Position numbers and translations under genes: made by a program. Below the pieces are notes generated by a model that was given only the letters and a program-made list of their open reading frames with translations, did not search any database and was not told the origin of the DNA. Of a stretch of 64,000 bases of DNA, positions 29,953 through 39,451 are shown in pieces; position 1 is the stretch's first letter; the number at the start of each line of letters is the position of its first letter. This stretch comes from an uncultured delta proteobacterium (lineage in GTDB: Bacteria > Myxococcota_A > Polyangia > Haliangiales > Haliangiaceae), in assembly GCA_963848295.1 (NCBI GenBank), contig CAWKDB010000010.1, positions 3,616,001-3,680,000 of the forward strand, in the 5' to 3' direction.

Positions 29953-30080
29953 AGGGACGGTGTTCACTTTGACAACCAACTAAGACGCTCGGTTGACAAA
30001 GTGAACACCGTCCCCAGCTAAGCGCGCTGAATCGTTGATGACACCGCGGGCGCTTGGTTGACAGAGTGAACACCGTCCCC
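29953..30080. repeat. Family B repeats: forward 29953-29977; reverse 29991-30015 and 30056-30080
   Basis: (A/G)GGGACGGTGTTCACT(T/C)TG(A/T)CAACC; the first two form an inverted pair; the third lies in the citrate synthase 3' end. Confidence 0.92.
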
Positions 30081-31148
30081 GATGTAGGCGGAGGCGGGGC
30101 GGATGAGCTTGCCGACGCGGCGTTGCTCGATGACGTGGGCCGACCAGCCGGCGATCCGGCCGACGGCGAAGGTCGCGGAGAATTGTTCGCGCGAGAGGCC
30201 GACGGCGTCGAGCAACACCGCGGTGTAGAACTCGACGTTCGCGGCGAGCGGGCGATCTGGTTTGCGTTCGCGCAGGATCTTCGCCGCTGCAGCTTCGACG
30301 CCGCGCGCGAGAGCGAGCCGATCGCCGGCGAGGCTGCGGACCGCCGTCTCGAGCACGGCGGCGCGTGGATCACGCACTCGATAGATGCGATGCCCCATGC
30401 CCATGATGCGATGGCCGGCGGCGAGCTCGGCGAGCAACCACGCCTCGGCGTGCTCGGCCGAGCCGACCGCATCGAGCATGTCGAGCACCGGCCCGGGCGC
30501 GCCGCCATGGAGCGGGCCCTTGAGCGCGCCGACCGCCGCAACGACGGCGGAGATCAGGTCGCTCGCGGTCGAGGTCACGACCCGCGCGGTGAAGGTCGAG
30601 GCGTTCATGCCGTGGTCGATCACGGTGACGAGATACGCGTCGAGAGCGCGCGCGGCATCGCGAGTCGGCGTGGTGCCTATCGTCATCCGGAGGTAGTCGG
30701 TCGCGTGATCCAGAGCAGGATCCGGTGCTATCGGGCGCTGGCCGGTGCGCGTGCGATGCCACGCGGCGACGAACACGGGCGCTGCGCCGATCGCGGCGAT
30801 CGCATCGCGCACGTCATCGCCGACCGAGCGTAGGTGAGCGAGTGCGGCGCGCAGCGCGTCCATCGCGAGCGGCGCGGCGAGCGCATCGCCGAGCTGGTCG
30901 AGCATGGTGAACGCGGCGACCCGCGCGATGCCGAGCGCATCCGGCAACGTCGCCGGATCGACATTGGCGCCACCGGCGGCGAGCACGCGCGCCGCCGCGT
31001 CGGCGAACGAGCCGGTCGTCGCGAGTTGTTCGACATCGATGCCGGCGATCACGAGCCGGCCGCGTTCGCCATCGACGTCCGAGATCGCAGTGTGTGCCGC
31101 AACGACGCCTTCGAGCCCGGAGCTAGACGCTGTGGTCGGTTCGGTCAT
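30018..31148 (-). CDS. Citrate/2-methylcitrate synthase family protein
   Basis: GLEGVVAA, DHGMNASTF, GPLHGGA, GMGHRIYRVRDPR, NVEFY, IRP; GGAGG RBS. Confidence 0.93.
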   Translation of the reverse strand: MTEPTTASSSGLEGVVAAHTAISDVDGERGRLVIAGIDVEQLATTGSFADAAARVLAAGGANVDPATLPDALGIARVAAFTMLDQLGDALAAPLAMDALRAALAHLRSVGDDVRDAIAAIGAAPVFVAAWHRTRTGQRPIAPDPALDHATDYLRMTIGTTPTRDAARALDAYLVTVIDHGMNASTFTARVVTSTASDLISAVVAAVGALKGPLHGGAPGPVLDMLDAVGSAEHAEAWLLAELAAGHRIMGMGHRIYRVRDPRAAVLETAVRSLAGDRLALARGVEAAAAKILRERKPDRPLAANVEFYTAVLLDAVGLSREQFSATFAVGRIAGWSAHVIEQRRVGKLIRPASAYIGDGVHSVNQAPAVSSTIQRA

Positions 31149-31183
31149 GATCGCCTCCTACCCGCGATGTACGGCTTGAGCTA

Positions 31184-31213
31184 ACGTTGATCAACGTAGA
31201 ATCGACAATCAAC
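31184..31213. promoter_or_regulatory. Candidate operator: perfect palindrome ACGTTGATCAACGT plus two further ATC(A/G)AC half-sites
   Basis: Palindrome at 31184-31197, ATCGAC at 31201 and ATCAAC at 31208, in an AT-rich patch upstream of citrate synthase. Confidence 0.6.
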
Positions 31214-31269
31214 CTTTGGCCCGATCCACAGCCGATCGACCGTCGTCGGAACCCGGGCTACCCTCGGGC

Positions 31270-31629
31270 GTGGGGCTGTTTCTCATCACCTCGCTCGCCG
31301 CGTGGCGGGCGGCCCAGACCGCCGGTGAGTACAGGCCGGCGTCGCTGGCGACCGAAGGCTTCATCCATCTGTCGACCGATCGCCAGTGGCTGCGCACCGC
31401 GAACCGGTTCTTCCGAGGCCAGCACGGGCTGGTCTTGCTGTCGATCCGCCGCGACGCGCTGACCGCGCCGCTCCAGTTCGAGCCCGCCGACGGCGACGAG
31501 TTCCCGCACTTGTACGGCGTCCTCGATCTCGACGCGGTCGTCCAGGTGTGCGCGCTGCCGGTCGCGGACGACGGCGAGATCGGTATCCCACCTGCGCTCG
31601 CACCATGGCGGCACTACTTCACCCGGTGA
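31270..31629 (+). CDS. DUF952 family protein
   Basis: SLATEGFIHLST...FPHLYG. Confidence 0.85.
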   Translation: MGLFLITSLAAWRAAQTAGEYRPASLATEGFIHLSTDRQWLRTANRFFRGQHGLVLLSIRRDALTAPLQFEPADGDEFPHLYGVLDLDAVVQVCALPVADDGEIGIPPALAPWRHYFTR

Positions 31630-31749
31630 TTTCCACGGTGGTCGCGACGTCACGGTCGCAGTTTTTCGAGGCTCGACCGAAGCCACTGCGCGATTCGGGC
31701 GCGGCTTCGACTACTTGGCCCGGGCACGCGGGTTGCTCTAGTCCCGTGC

Positions 31750-32583
31750 ATGCGCAGCGTGGGACTCGTCGCCGTCGTCATGATCACCGCCGGGAGTGCG
31801 TTCGCCGATCCGGCGGGGCCGCCCGGGCTCGCGCAAACCATCCCGCCGCCGCCAGCCCCGGTCGCCACTGGACCGCTCGACGATATGGCGCACGCCGCCG
31901 GCTCGGAGCGCGGCTTGTTGTTCGACACCGCGATGACCGTACCCGCGGGTAGCGTCGACCTCGGTGGCCGCTGCTGCTTCGATGCGGGTGCGGTCGATGC
32001 CGCCGCCGGCCTGACCTCGACGACCGAGCTGTCCGCTGAAGTGGGCGTCATCGGCGACGCCACCACGTTCGCGGTCGGGCTCAAGCAAGTGATCGTGCAC
32101 GGCGCGCGCTGGCGCATCGCGATCGAAGGCAGCGCGCGTCAGATCAACCCATTTGCGGTCGCACAGCCTGCGATCGGCGGCGAGCCCATCGGCGGCGAGC
32201 CCAATGGCGATGGATTCGACTATCGGGCCCCGAGCACGAATCTGCTCGGCATCGGTGGCGTCGCCACCGCTTGCATCGACGATGGCTGCCGCGTGCTCGT
32301 CACGGGCGGAGCGCAGGCGCTGGTCCAGCTCGGCACCGGCGAGGTCACGCCACTCGTGTGGGCCGACATCGAGGCCGGCGCACCGAGGCTGCGCGCGATC
32401 GCCGAGGTCGCGAATATCGGCGACACCGGGATGGGCGGCTCCGGCGGCTCGATCTATGTCGTCGCGGGGCGCGGCGGTTGGCGTCGGCTGATGTTCGAAG
32501 CCGGCGCGGCGTTCCTACCCGGCGACTACGCTGGTGCGAGCACGCAGACGATGCCGTACGTCGGCGTCATCGCGCGCCCCTAG
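31750..32583 (+). CDS. Secreted/outer-membrane protein of unknown function
   Basis: Signal peptide, Pro-rich linker, alternating beta-strand pattern. Confidence 0.7.
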   Translation: MRSVGLVAVVMITAGSAFADPAGPPGLAQTIPPPPAPVATGPLDDMAHAAGSERGLLFDTAMTVPAGSVDLGGRCCFDAGAVDAAAGLTSTTELSAEVGVIGDATTFAVGLKQVIVHGARWRIAIEGSARQINPFAVAQPAIGGEPIGGEPNGDGFDYRAPSTNLLGIGGVATACIDDGCRVLVTGGAQALVQLGTGEVTPLVWADIEAGAPRLRAIAEVANIGDTGMGGSGGSIYVVAGRGGWRRLMFEAGAAFLPGDYAGASTQTMPYVGVIARP

Positions 32584-32601
32584 CACGCGCTATAAAACGG
32601 G

Positions 32602-33852
32602 ATGGCCAAGGCCTTCGCCGAGTCCGTTGGCAAAGGGCTGATCGACGCGAAAGCCGCGGCGAAGTTCCTGTCGGTGCAACCGCGCACGCTCTACGCCTAC
32701 GTCAGTCGCGGGCTCGTGCGCAGCGTCGCGGGCGCGCGCGGCCGACCTCGGTTGTACGCGACCGCGGATCTCGAACGGCTCAAGGCGCGGCGCGATGCGC
32801 GCGCCGGTCACGCGCCGGTCGCCGCGGGTGCGCTGCGCTGGGGTGAGCCGGTGCTCGACTCTGCGATCACCGCGATCACGCCACGAGGCCCGGCCTATCG
32901 TGGCCGACTCGCGACCGAGCTCGCCGCGAACGGCACGCGGTTCGAGAATGTCGCGGAGCTGCTGTGGTCCGGATATCTCCCGGTCGAGCCGATCGTCTGG
33001 CCGCACGGAGCGGTGCCGGTCGCGGCGCTCGCGAAGCTGGTGACCGATGGCGCGCGTCCGCTCGACGTCATGCCGCTGGTCGTGCAGGTCGCGGCGCTCG
33101 GCGATTCGGGTCGCGGCGATCGCCGGCCCGACGCGATCATCTCGCGCGGTCGCCAGCTCATCCCGCTGCTCGCCGCCGCGCTCGCGCCCGATTTCTCCGC
33201 CGCCGCGGTGACGCGCGCGCTCGGGGCAGGACGGATCGGCGCGATCGCCGCGCGTGCACTCGGCCTGGATGACGCGGCCGCCGACGCGATCGACGTCGCA
33301 CTCGTCGTCCTCGCCGACCACGAGCTCAACGCCTCGAGCTTCGCGGCGCGGATCGCGGCGTCGACCGAAGCCGATCCATATGCGTGCGTCGCTGCGGCCC
33401 TCGCGACGGTCTCCGGTCCGAAGCACGGCAGTGCCGCCGAAGACATCGCGCGGCTCGCCGACGAGATCGGCGGTCCCGAGCACGTCACCGCGGCGGTGCG
33501 TTCGCTGCGCAGGATCGGGCGGATGCCGGTCGGCTTCGGTCATCCGCTCTATCCCGACGGTGATCCACGCGCGATCCCGTTGCTCGCGGCGGCGCGGAGC
33601 TCGAGCCATCGCCGGGCGCGCACGCTCGTCGCACTCGCCGATGGGTTCGCCGCCGTTGGCGACCATCCGAGCGTCGATGTCGGGCTCGCGGCGTTCGTCG
33701 CGTCGCTCGACGCGTCGCCGGCCGCCGGATCGGGGCTGTTCGCGGTCGCGCGCAGCGCCGGATGGCTCGCCCATGCACTCGAGCAACGCGCCGCCGGCTA
33801 CTTGCTGCGGCCGCGCGCCCGCTACACCGGAGTGCCGGTCCCGCCGCGCTAG
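32602..33852 (+). CDS. HTH (MerR/excisionase-like) - citrate synthase fusion protein
   Basis: AAAKFLSVQPRTLYAYVSRGLV followed by ADHELNASSF, GPKHG, GFGHPLYPDGDPR, LLRPRARY. Confidence 0.9.
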   Translation: MAKAFAESVGKGLIDAKAAAKFLSVQPRTLYAYVSRGLVRSVAGARGRPRLYATADLERLKARRDARAGHAPVAAGALRWGEPVLDSAITAITPRGPAYRGRLATELAANGTRFENVAELLWSGYLPVEPIVWPHGAVPVAALAKLVTDGARPLDVMPLVVQVAALGDSGRGDRRPDAIISRGRQLIPLLAAALAPDFSAAAVTRALGAGRIGAIAARALGLDDAAADAIDVALVVLADHELNASSFAARIAASTEADPYACVAAALATVSGPKHGSAAEDIARLADEIGGPEHVTAAVRSLRRIGRMPVGFGHPLYPDGDPRAIPLLAAARSSSHRRARTLVALADGFAAVGDHPSVDVGLAAFVASLDASPAAGSGLFAVARSAGWLAHALEQRAAGYLLRPRARYTGVPVPPR

Positions 33853-33928
33853 GCGTCGTCGCGCACGCGAGAAACTCAGTTCCACCCACTCGCGCCGGCT
33901 TCCCGCGAGGTAGTGTCCGCGGTCGAGG

Positions 33929-34828
33929 ATGGTGGCTCGCGTCATCGCGCTCGTGGTCGTCATCGCCGCCGCCGCGGTCGCGCGCGCGGAGCCGGCGAGC
34001 TCGCCGAAGCATCCGGGGCTGTCGCTCGCGGGTGGCCACGCGAAGGTGGCATGCGTGACCTGCCACGATCGCGGCAACGACAAGCCGCCGTCGAAAGGGT
34101 CGACGTGCGCGAGCTGTCACACCGACGCGCACCACGGCGAGTTCGCCGCCCGCAACAACGGCGAGTGCGCGGGCTGCCACACGGTCGACGGCTTTGCGCC
34201 GACGACGTTCGGCGTGGTCCAGCACGCCTCGACCGGCTACGTGCTCGACGGCCAGCATGCGGCGACGCCGTGCACCGGCTGTCATCCCGGCCCGAAGCCG
34301 CGGCTCGGCTGGCAGCTCGGCGGCACCGCGTGTCTCGACTGTCATCAGAACCCGCACGGCACGCAGTTCGCGAACGAGATGACGACCGACGGTTGCGCGC
34401 ACTGCCACGTGGCCTACAGCTGGCACCAACTGAAAGTCGAACACTCGACCTGGCCGCTGCTCGGCGCGCATGCGCGCACGGCATGCGAAGGCTGTCACGG
34501 CGCGCAACCGAGAGGCGCGCCGGCCGCGGCGTATCGCGGCATCCCGCGCACGTGCGAAGGCTGTCACGAGGACATCCACGCCGCGCAGTTTCGCCAGACG
34601 CCGCCGGTGAAGACCTGCGACGGCTGCCACTTGACCGAGACGTGGACGATCGCGAAGTTCGATCACGACAAGACGCGCTATCCACTCGAGGGAGCGCACG
34701 TCGGGCTCGCATGCGCGCAGTGCCATCCGACCGCGACGCTGCGCGATGGCCAGCAAGCGGTGCGCTGGCGGCTCGGCTACGTCGAGTGCAAGGCTTGCCA
34801 CGCCGATCCTCACGCAGGTGCCAAGTGA
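33929..34828 (+). CDS. Secreted multiheme c-type cytochrome (11 CxxCH)
   Basis: Signal peptide; 11 CxxCH motifs counted; repeated FDHxxTxYPLxGxH units. Confidence 0.93.
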   Translation: MVARVIALVVVIAAAAVARAEPASSPKHPGLSLAGGHAKVACVTCHDRGNDKPPSKGSTCASCHTDAHHGEFAARNNGECAGCHTVDGFAPTTFGVVQHASTGYVLDGQHAATPCTGCHPGPKPRLGWQLGGTACLDCHQNPHGTQFANEMTTDGCAHCHVAYSWHQLKVEHSTWPLLGAHARTACEGCHGAQPRGAPAAAYRGIPRTCEGCHEDIHAAQFRQTPPVKTCDGCHLTETWTIAKFDHDKTRYPLEGAHVGLACAQCHPTATLRDGQQAVRWRLGYVECKACHADPHAGAK

Positions 34829-35715
34829 CGCGCGCGCTCGTCGTGCTCGTGTTGTCGGTCGGCGTCGCGACGGCGGCGCCCGGCGTGGCGCACGACGGCG
34901 TCACCGGCGATCTCGATTGCAGCGCGTGCCACACCGCCGCGAGCTGGAAGTTGTCCGCGACCGCGGGCGCCAGCGGCTTCGATCATGATCGCACCGGCTT
35001 CCCGTTGCGAGGCGCGCATGTCCAGACGTCCTGCGCGGGTTGCCACGACAGCGCGAAGCTTCCATCGACGGCCGGGGCTCGCCCCCGGACGGCAGCGTCG
35101 CCGGATGGCGATGCGGTTCCATCGACGTGCGACGGCTGTCATCGCGATCCGCACCTCGGGCGGATGACTGGCCAGTGCTACGAGTGCCACACCGCGGTCG
35201 CGTGGTCCGACGTCGACGCGCTCGAGCAACATCGCCGCACCCGCATGCCGCTGACCGGCAAGCATGCCGTGATCGATTGCGTCGCGTGTCACAAGAATCA
35301 AGCGGCGCGGCAGTACAGCGACACCCCGGTCGACTGCTTCGCGTGCCACCAAGCCGACTATCGCGCCGCGACGACTCACCCGAACCACGATGGCACCGAT
35401 CCGAAGGGCGACGGCAAGCCGTACCCGCGCGCCTGCGCGATGTGCCACAACCCGATCGGCTGGTCGCCGGCGTTCAGCTCGCCGAGCTTCACCGCGCAGA
35501 TCGCGCGCGCCGAGCACGAGTCGTCGTTCTCGCTGACCACCGGCAGTCACCGCACGGTCGAGTGCAGCGGCTGTCACATCGATCGCCGCCGCCCGCGCGC
35601 GGTGCGCTGCGACGGTTGTCACGACGAGAATTCGCTGCGCGGCCAGCACCGCAGTCGGGTCACGACCGAAGCGACGAGCTGCTTGCATTGTCATCCGCGA
35701 GGCGCGAGGCGATGA
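34825..35715 (+). CDS. Secreted multiheme c-type cytochrome (10 CxxCH)
   Basis: GTG overlaps the previous TGA; signal peptide; 10 CxxCH motifs counted. Confidence 0.92.
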   Translation: MTRALVVLVLSVGVATAAPGVAHDGVTGDLDCSACHTAASWKLSATAGASGFDHDRTGFPLRGAHVQTSCAGCHDSAKLPSTAGARPRTAASPDGDAVPSTCDGCHRDPHLGRMTGQCYECHTAVAWSDVDALEQHRRTRMPLTGKHAVIDCVACHKNQAARQYSDTPVDCFACHQADYRAATTHPNHDGTDPKGDGKPYPRACAMCHNPIGWSPAFSSPSFTAQIARAEHESSFSLTTGSHRTVECSGCHIDRRRPRAVRCDGCHDENSLRGQHRSRVTTEATSCLHCHPRGARR

Positions 35716-37331
35716 ATCGGCTCGTGCTCGTCGCGGCGGTCGTCGCCGGCTCTGCGCAGCCCGCGCGCGCCGACCGGCTCGCGGTCAGCGTCGTCGAGAT
35801 CGCGGGCGCCAACGCGTACTTGTCGCCCGGTCGCGCGGCCGGGCTCGGTCCGGGCTCGCATGTCGAGCTCCACGGCCGTGACTTCGTCGTGATCGGAGCG
35901 ACCGAGAAGTTCGCGGTGATCGATCGCGCGGGCTCGCCGCTCGCGATCGGCGAAGCCGGGATCGCGAACGCCACGCCGTCGCGGCTCGACCGTGACGAGA
36001 AGCTGCCGGCGCCGAAGCCGCTCGAAGCGTTTCGCGATCAATGGCCGACCGCCGAGCTCCCGGCCGCGACCCAGCACGTTGCGGCCGTGGCACTCGGTGC
36101 TGGCGCCGCCGCAGGCCGGTCGCGGCTGACGATAACGAGCACGCTGTCCGGCGGCCTCGACAGCGCCGGTACGAATGGCGAGCTCGAGACCCGCGCGATC
36201 GGATCGTTCGCGCTGTCATCGCAACAACCGCTCGGCGCGGACGTCGACGCCGCTTTTCGCTTGTTCGGCGACGGTTGGAACGCGCACGAGCGCACGCCGC
36301 TGTTCGTCAACGCCGCGCAGCTGCGGTGGGGAGACCCGGCAGATCCGAATGTGCTCGTGGGTCGCTTGCGCTATGCCGCGACGTCGCTCGGCATGCTCGA
36401 CGGCGGCCGAGCCATGCTGCACGTCGGCGACCTCGAGCTCGCCGCGTTCGGGGGCGTGTTACCGGATCCGGTGAGCGGTCATCCCGACACCGACGCATCC
36501 GAGTTCGGCGCCGAGCTCGTGTGGGATCGCGCGAGGTCGGCGTGGCAGCCGCGCGTCGCGTTGACCGCGCACGGCACGACGTGGGACGGCGCGATCGACG
36601 AGCGCGTCGTCTCGGTCGCCGCGAGCGCGCATCACGACGCGGTGCTGCTCGATGCGTGGGCCGACGCGCAGATGTTCTCGGCAGACAATCCGTGGAACGC
36701 GCCGACGATCGACCTGACCGGCGCCGGCGCGACCGCGGAGTGGCGCCACCTCGGCAGTCACCTCGGCATCGATCTGACATTCTTGCGGCCGCAACGCTCG
36801 CTCCGTCTCGCCGCCGCGTTGCCCGCGGACTGGCTGTGCGCGCGCGCGCCACAACCGGGCAACATCGCCGAGTCGTGCCTCGGCGAAGACTATTGGCTCG
36901 CGGCGACGGCCTCGGCCGGCAAGAGCGGTCATGGTTGGTCGGTCGACGCGGTCGGGTCGATCGGCGAGACCCGAGGCGTCGCGAGCGGCTACGACACCTC
37001 GGGCTACGTGCGCGCCGAGCTCGGCCCGCGCGTCGTGCGGTTCGTGCTCGCGCCGGCCGGAGGTCACGATAACTTCGGAGCGTGGGTCGCGACCGACATC
37101 GGCGTCGCCACCGCGCCGTCGCGCCAGCTCGACCTCGCGGTGACCTATCGGCCGGAGCGGCTCGACTACGTCGCCGCCGCGGGCGCGACGTTCGTCCAAG
37201 CGCTCGTCACCGAGCTTCACTGGTCGGTCACGCCATCGTTCGACGTCGCGGTCTCCGCGGTCGGCAGCATCGGTGGTGATCTGAACGTGCTCGATCTGAT
37301 CACGACGCTCGCGTGGAGGCCGCTGCGATGA
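35712..37331 (+). CDS. Probable outer-membrane beta-barrel protein in the cytochrome operon
   Basis: ATGA coupling; signal peptide; many amphipathic beta-strands; C-terminal TTLAWRPLR. Confidence 0.72.
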   Translation: MNRLVLVAAVVAGSAQPARADRLAVSVVEIAGANAYLSPGRAAGLGPGSHVELHGRDFVVIGATEKFAVIDRAGSPLAIGEAGIANATPSRLDRDEKLPAPKPLEAFRDQWPTAELPAATQHVAAVALGAGAAAGRSRLTITSTLSGGLDSAGTNGELETRAIGSFALSSQQPLGADVDAAFRLFGDGWNAHERTPLFVNAAQLRWGDPADPNVLVGRLRYAATSLGMLDGGRAMLHVGDLELAAFGGVLPDPVSGHPDTDASEFGAELVWDRARSAWQPRVALTAHGTTWDGAIDERVVSVAASAHHDAVLLDAWADAQMFSADNPWNAPTIDLTGAGATAEWRHLGSHLGIDLTFLRPQRSLRLAAALPADWLCARAPQPGNIAESCLGEDYWLAATASAGKSGHGWSVDAVGSIGETRGVASGYDTSGYVRAELGPRVVRFVLAPAGGHDNFGAWVATDIGVATAPSRQLDLAVTYRPERLDYVAAAGATFVQALVTELHWSVTPSFDVAVSAVGSIGGDLNVLDLITTLAWRPLR

Positions 37332-37771
37332 GGCGGAGCTTGATCCTCGTCGCGCTCGCCGCGTGCACCGAGCCACACGGCACGGACCACGTCTCGCTCG
37401 CGTCCGACGCTTGCGTGACCTGCCACGTTGCGTCCGTGCCGAACGCGCTCGTCCATCCCGAGACGATGTTCCCGATCGCGGCGCAGAGCTCGCCGCACCT
37501 CGACGTCGACTGCGACGACTGCCACGACTTCTGCCGCGGCTACGGCCTGCTCGGCCTTCACGTCGATTGCACGAACGAGTGCCACCTGCGCAACGACCCG
37601 TCGAACGCGTGCCTCGAGTATCCGGCGTCGATGGGCACCAAGCCGTGCGGAGCGATCGACTCGACCCACACCGATGGCATGCACGACGATCCGGTGACCG
37701 GCGCGCCGTACGCGTGGGACACCGTGGACCACGACTTCTGCGTGGAGTGCCACCCAGCCGGCCTGCGTTAG
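37328..37771 (+). CDS. Lipoprotein c-type cytochrome (3 CxxCH plus one CxxxCH)
   Basis: MRRSLILVALAA-C; CVTCH, CDDCH, CTNECH, CVECH. Confidence 0.82.
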   Translation: MRRSLILVALAACTEPHGTDHVSLASDACVTCHVASVPNALVHPETMFPIAAQSSPHLDVDCDDCHDFCRGYGLLGLHVDCTNECHLRNDPSNACLEYPASMGTKPCGAIDSTHTDGMHDDPVTGAPYAWDTVDHDFCVECHPAGLR

Positions 37772-37775
37772 CGCG

Positions 37776-38168
37776 CTACGCCTGGATGCCGTTGGGCGCG
37801 GCGGGATCGAACGTGGCCTTCGACACCGGCAAGCCGCGGAGCACCAGCGTCAGCACCGTGCCGCCACCGGCGACGTACGCCTTGGGCAAGAACAAGTAGT
37901 AGTTCTTGACGCCGTCTTCCGGTGCCGGTCCATGGGCTTGCGTGCCGGAGCTGCCGGTCAGCATGCGGACCTTTTCCCCGGGGGCGAGCACGAACCCGGG
38001 GTCGATGATGCCGAGCAAGGACTTCTTGCTCGAGCCTTTACGACCCACGGTCATCCCGCAGCCGCGCGTATTGAATGGAGCCTTGCCGACGTTCTCGAGG
38101 ATCACCCACTCGCTGTTGAGCGCCTCTGCGGTTTCGGCGGCCTTGATCTCGACGAAGCGGATCGCCAT
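37776..38168 (-). CDS. Lamin-tail-domain-like small protein
   Basis: LNSEWVILENVG...FVLAPGEKVRMLTG. Confidence 0.72.
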   Translation of the reverse strand: MAIRFVEIKAAETAEALNSEWVILENVGKAPFNTRGCGMTVGRKGSSKKSLLGIIDPGFVLAPGEKVRMLTGSSGTQAHGPAPEDGVKNYYLFLPKAYVAGGGTVLTLVLRGLPVSKATFDPAAPNGIQA

Positions 38169-38232
38169 AAGCGCGCGCAGCATACACCGCCCTTCCGTTG
38201 CATTCGGGCCTAAAGCATCGATAATGCGGGCG

Positions 38233-38637
38233 ATGGCCAAAGAGGTGATCCGCGTCGTCGCCGCCGTGATCGAGCACGACGGCCGCTACCTGATCACCCA
38301 GCGAAACGCGAACGCGGTGTTGCCGATGCTTTGGGAGTTCCCGGGCGGCCGCGTCGAGCGCGACGAATCAGAGACGACCGCGCTGTCGCGCGAAGTCCGG
38401 TTGCGCATCGGCGTCGACGTCATCGTCGGCGCGAAGCTCGGCGAGCACCTGCACGACTACACGACCTACCAGGTCCAGCTCACGATGTACAAGTGTCAGC
38501 TCCAAGCCGAGGCGCGGCCGTATCCCGCTGCGGTCGCGGATCTGCGCTGGGTGACCTCGCGCGAGTTCCTCGACTACGACTTCCCGCCGGCTGACGAGAA
38601 GACGATGTCGAAGCTCTTGGGCCTCGTAAGGAACTAG
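38233..38637 (+). CDS. MutT/NUDIX nucleoside triphosphate pyrophosphohydrolase
   Basis: IRVVAAVI...WEFPGGRVERDESETTALSREV...FPPAD. Confidence 0.9.
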   Translation: MAKEVIRVVAAVIEHDGRYLITQRNANAVLPMLWEFPGGRVERDESETTALSREVRLRIGVDVIVGAKLGEHLHDYTTYQVQLTMYKCQLQAEARPYPAAVADLRWVTSREFLDYDFPPADEKTMSKLLGLVRN

Positions 38638-38650
38638 ATTCGAGAGGCAG

Positions 38651-39451
38651 TTGCGGATACGCAGTCTCGCGCTCACGACCGAGCTCGCGTTGGCCGCTAC
38701 GCGCGGGCGCATCACCGACCGCGGTGACTACATCGTCGTCGAGAGTCCCGACGACCCGGGCTACTACTACGGCAACCTGCTCGTGCTGCCGGCGGCGCCG
38801 CAGGTCGGCGAGGTCGCGTACTGGACGCGGCGGTTCGGAGAAGAGCTCGGTCACAATCCGCTGATCCGTCACGTGACATTGCAATGGGACGACATCACCG
38901 GCGATGTCGGCGCCGGCGACGAGCTCGTCGCCGCCGGGTTCCAGCTCGAGGTCAATCAGGTCATGGTCGCCGAGGTGGTGACCGCGCCGCCGGCGGAGCT
39001 GCCGACGCGCGAGCTCGAACCGGACGACGTGCTCGCCACCGTCGATCTCGCGTGGGCGATCGGCGATCGCCACGACGAGGCGTATCGCAGCTTCTTGCAT
39101 CGCCGCGCCGAGTGGCATCGCACGCTCGTCGCTCGCGGCAGCGCACGATTCTGGGGCGCCTTCGACGGCGCACACTTGGTCGCGAGCCTCGGCCTGGTCG
39201 AGCTGCTCGAGCTCGCGCGCTATCAAGACGTCCAGACCGCGACGGCCTATCGCGGCCGCGGCTTGGCGGGCGCGCTGCTCGCGATCGCGGCTCGTGCGAG
39301 CCCGGCCGAGCGCCGTGTGATCGTCGCCGAGCCGGACAGCACCGCCGCACGGGTCTACGAGCGCGTCGGGTTTCGCACGGTCGAGCGCAGCGCGTCAGCG
39401 TGTCACTACCCGCCCGGGGTCAGCGCACGATCTTCGCGATCACGATGGTGA
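38651..39451 (+). CDS. GNAT family N-acetyltransferase
   Basis: YYYGNLL; DVQTATAYRGRGLA; ARVYERVGF. Confidence 0.85.
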   Translation: MRIRSLALTTELALAATRGRITDRGDYIVVESPDDPGYYYGNLLVLPAAPQVGEVAYWTRRFGEELGHNPLIRHVTLQWDDITGDVGAGDELVAAGFQLEVNQVMVAEVVTAPPAELPTRELEPDDVLATVDLAWAIGDRHDEAYRSFLHRRAEWHRTLVARGSARFWGAFDGAHLVASLGLVELLELARYQDVQTATAYRGRGLAGALLAIAARASPAERRVIVAEPDSTAARVYERVGFRTVERSASACHYPPGVSARSSRSRW

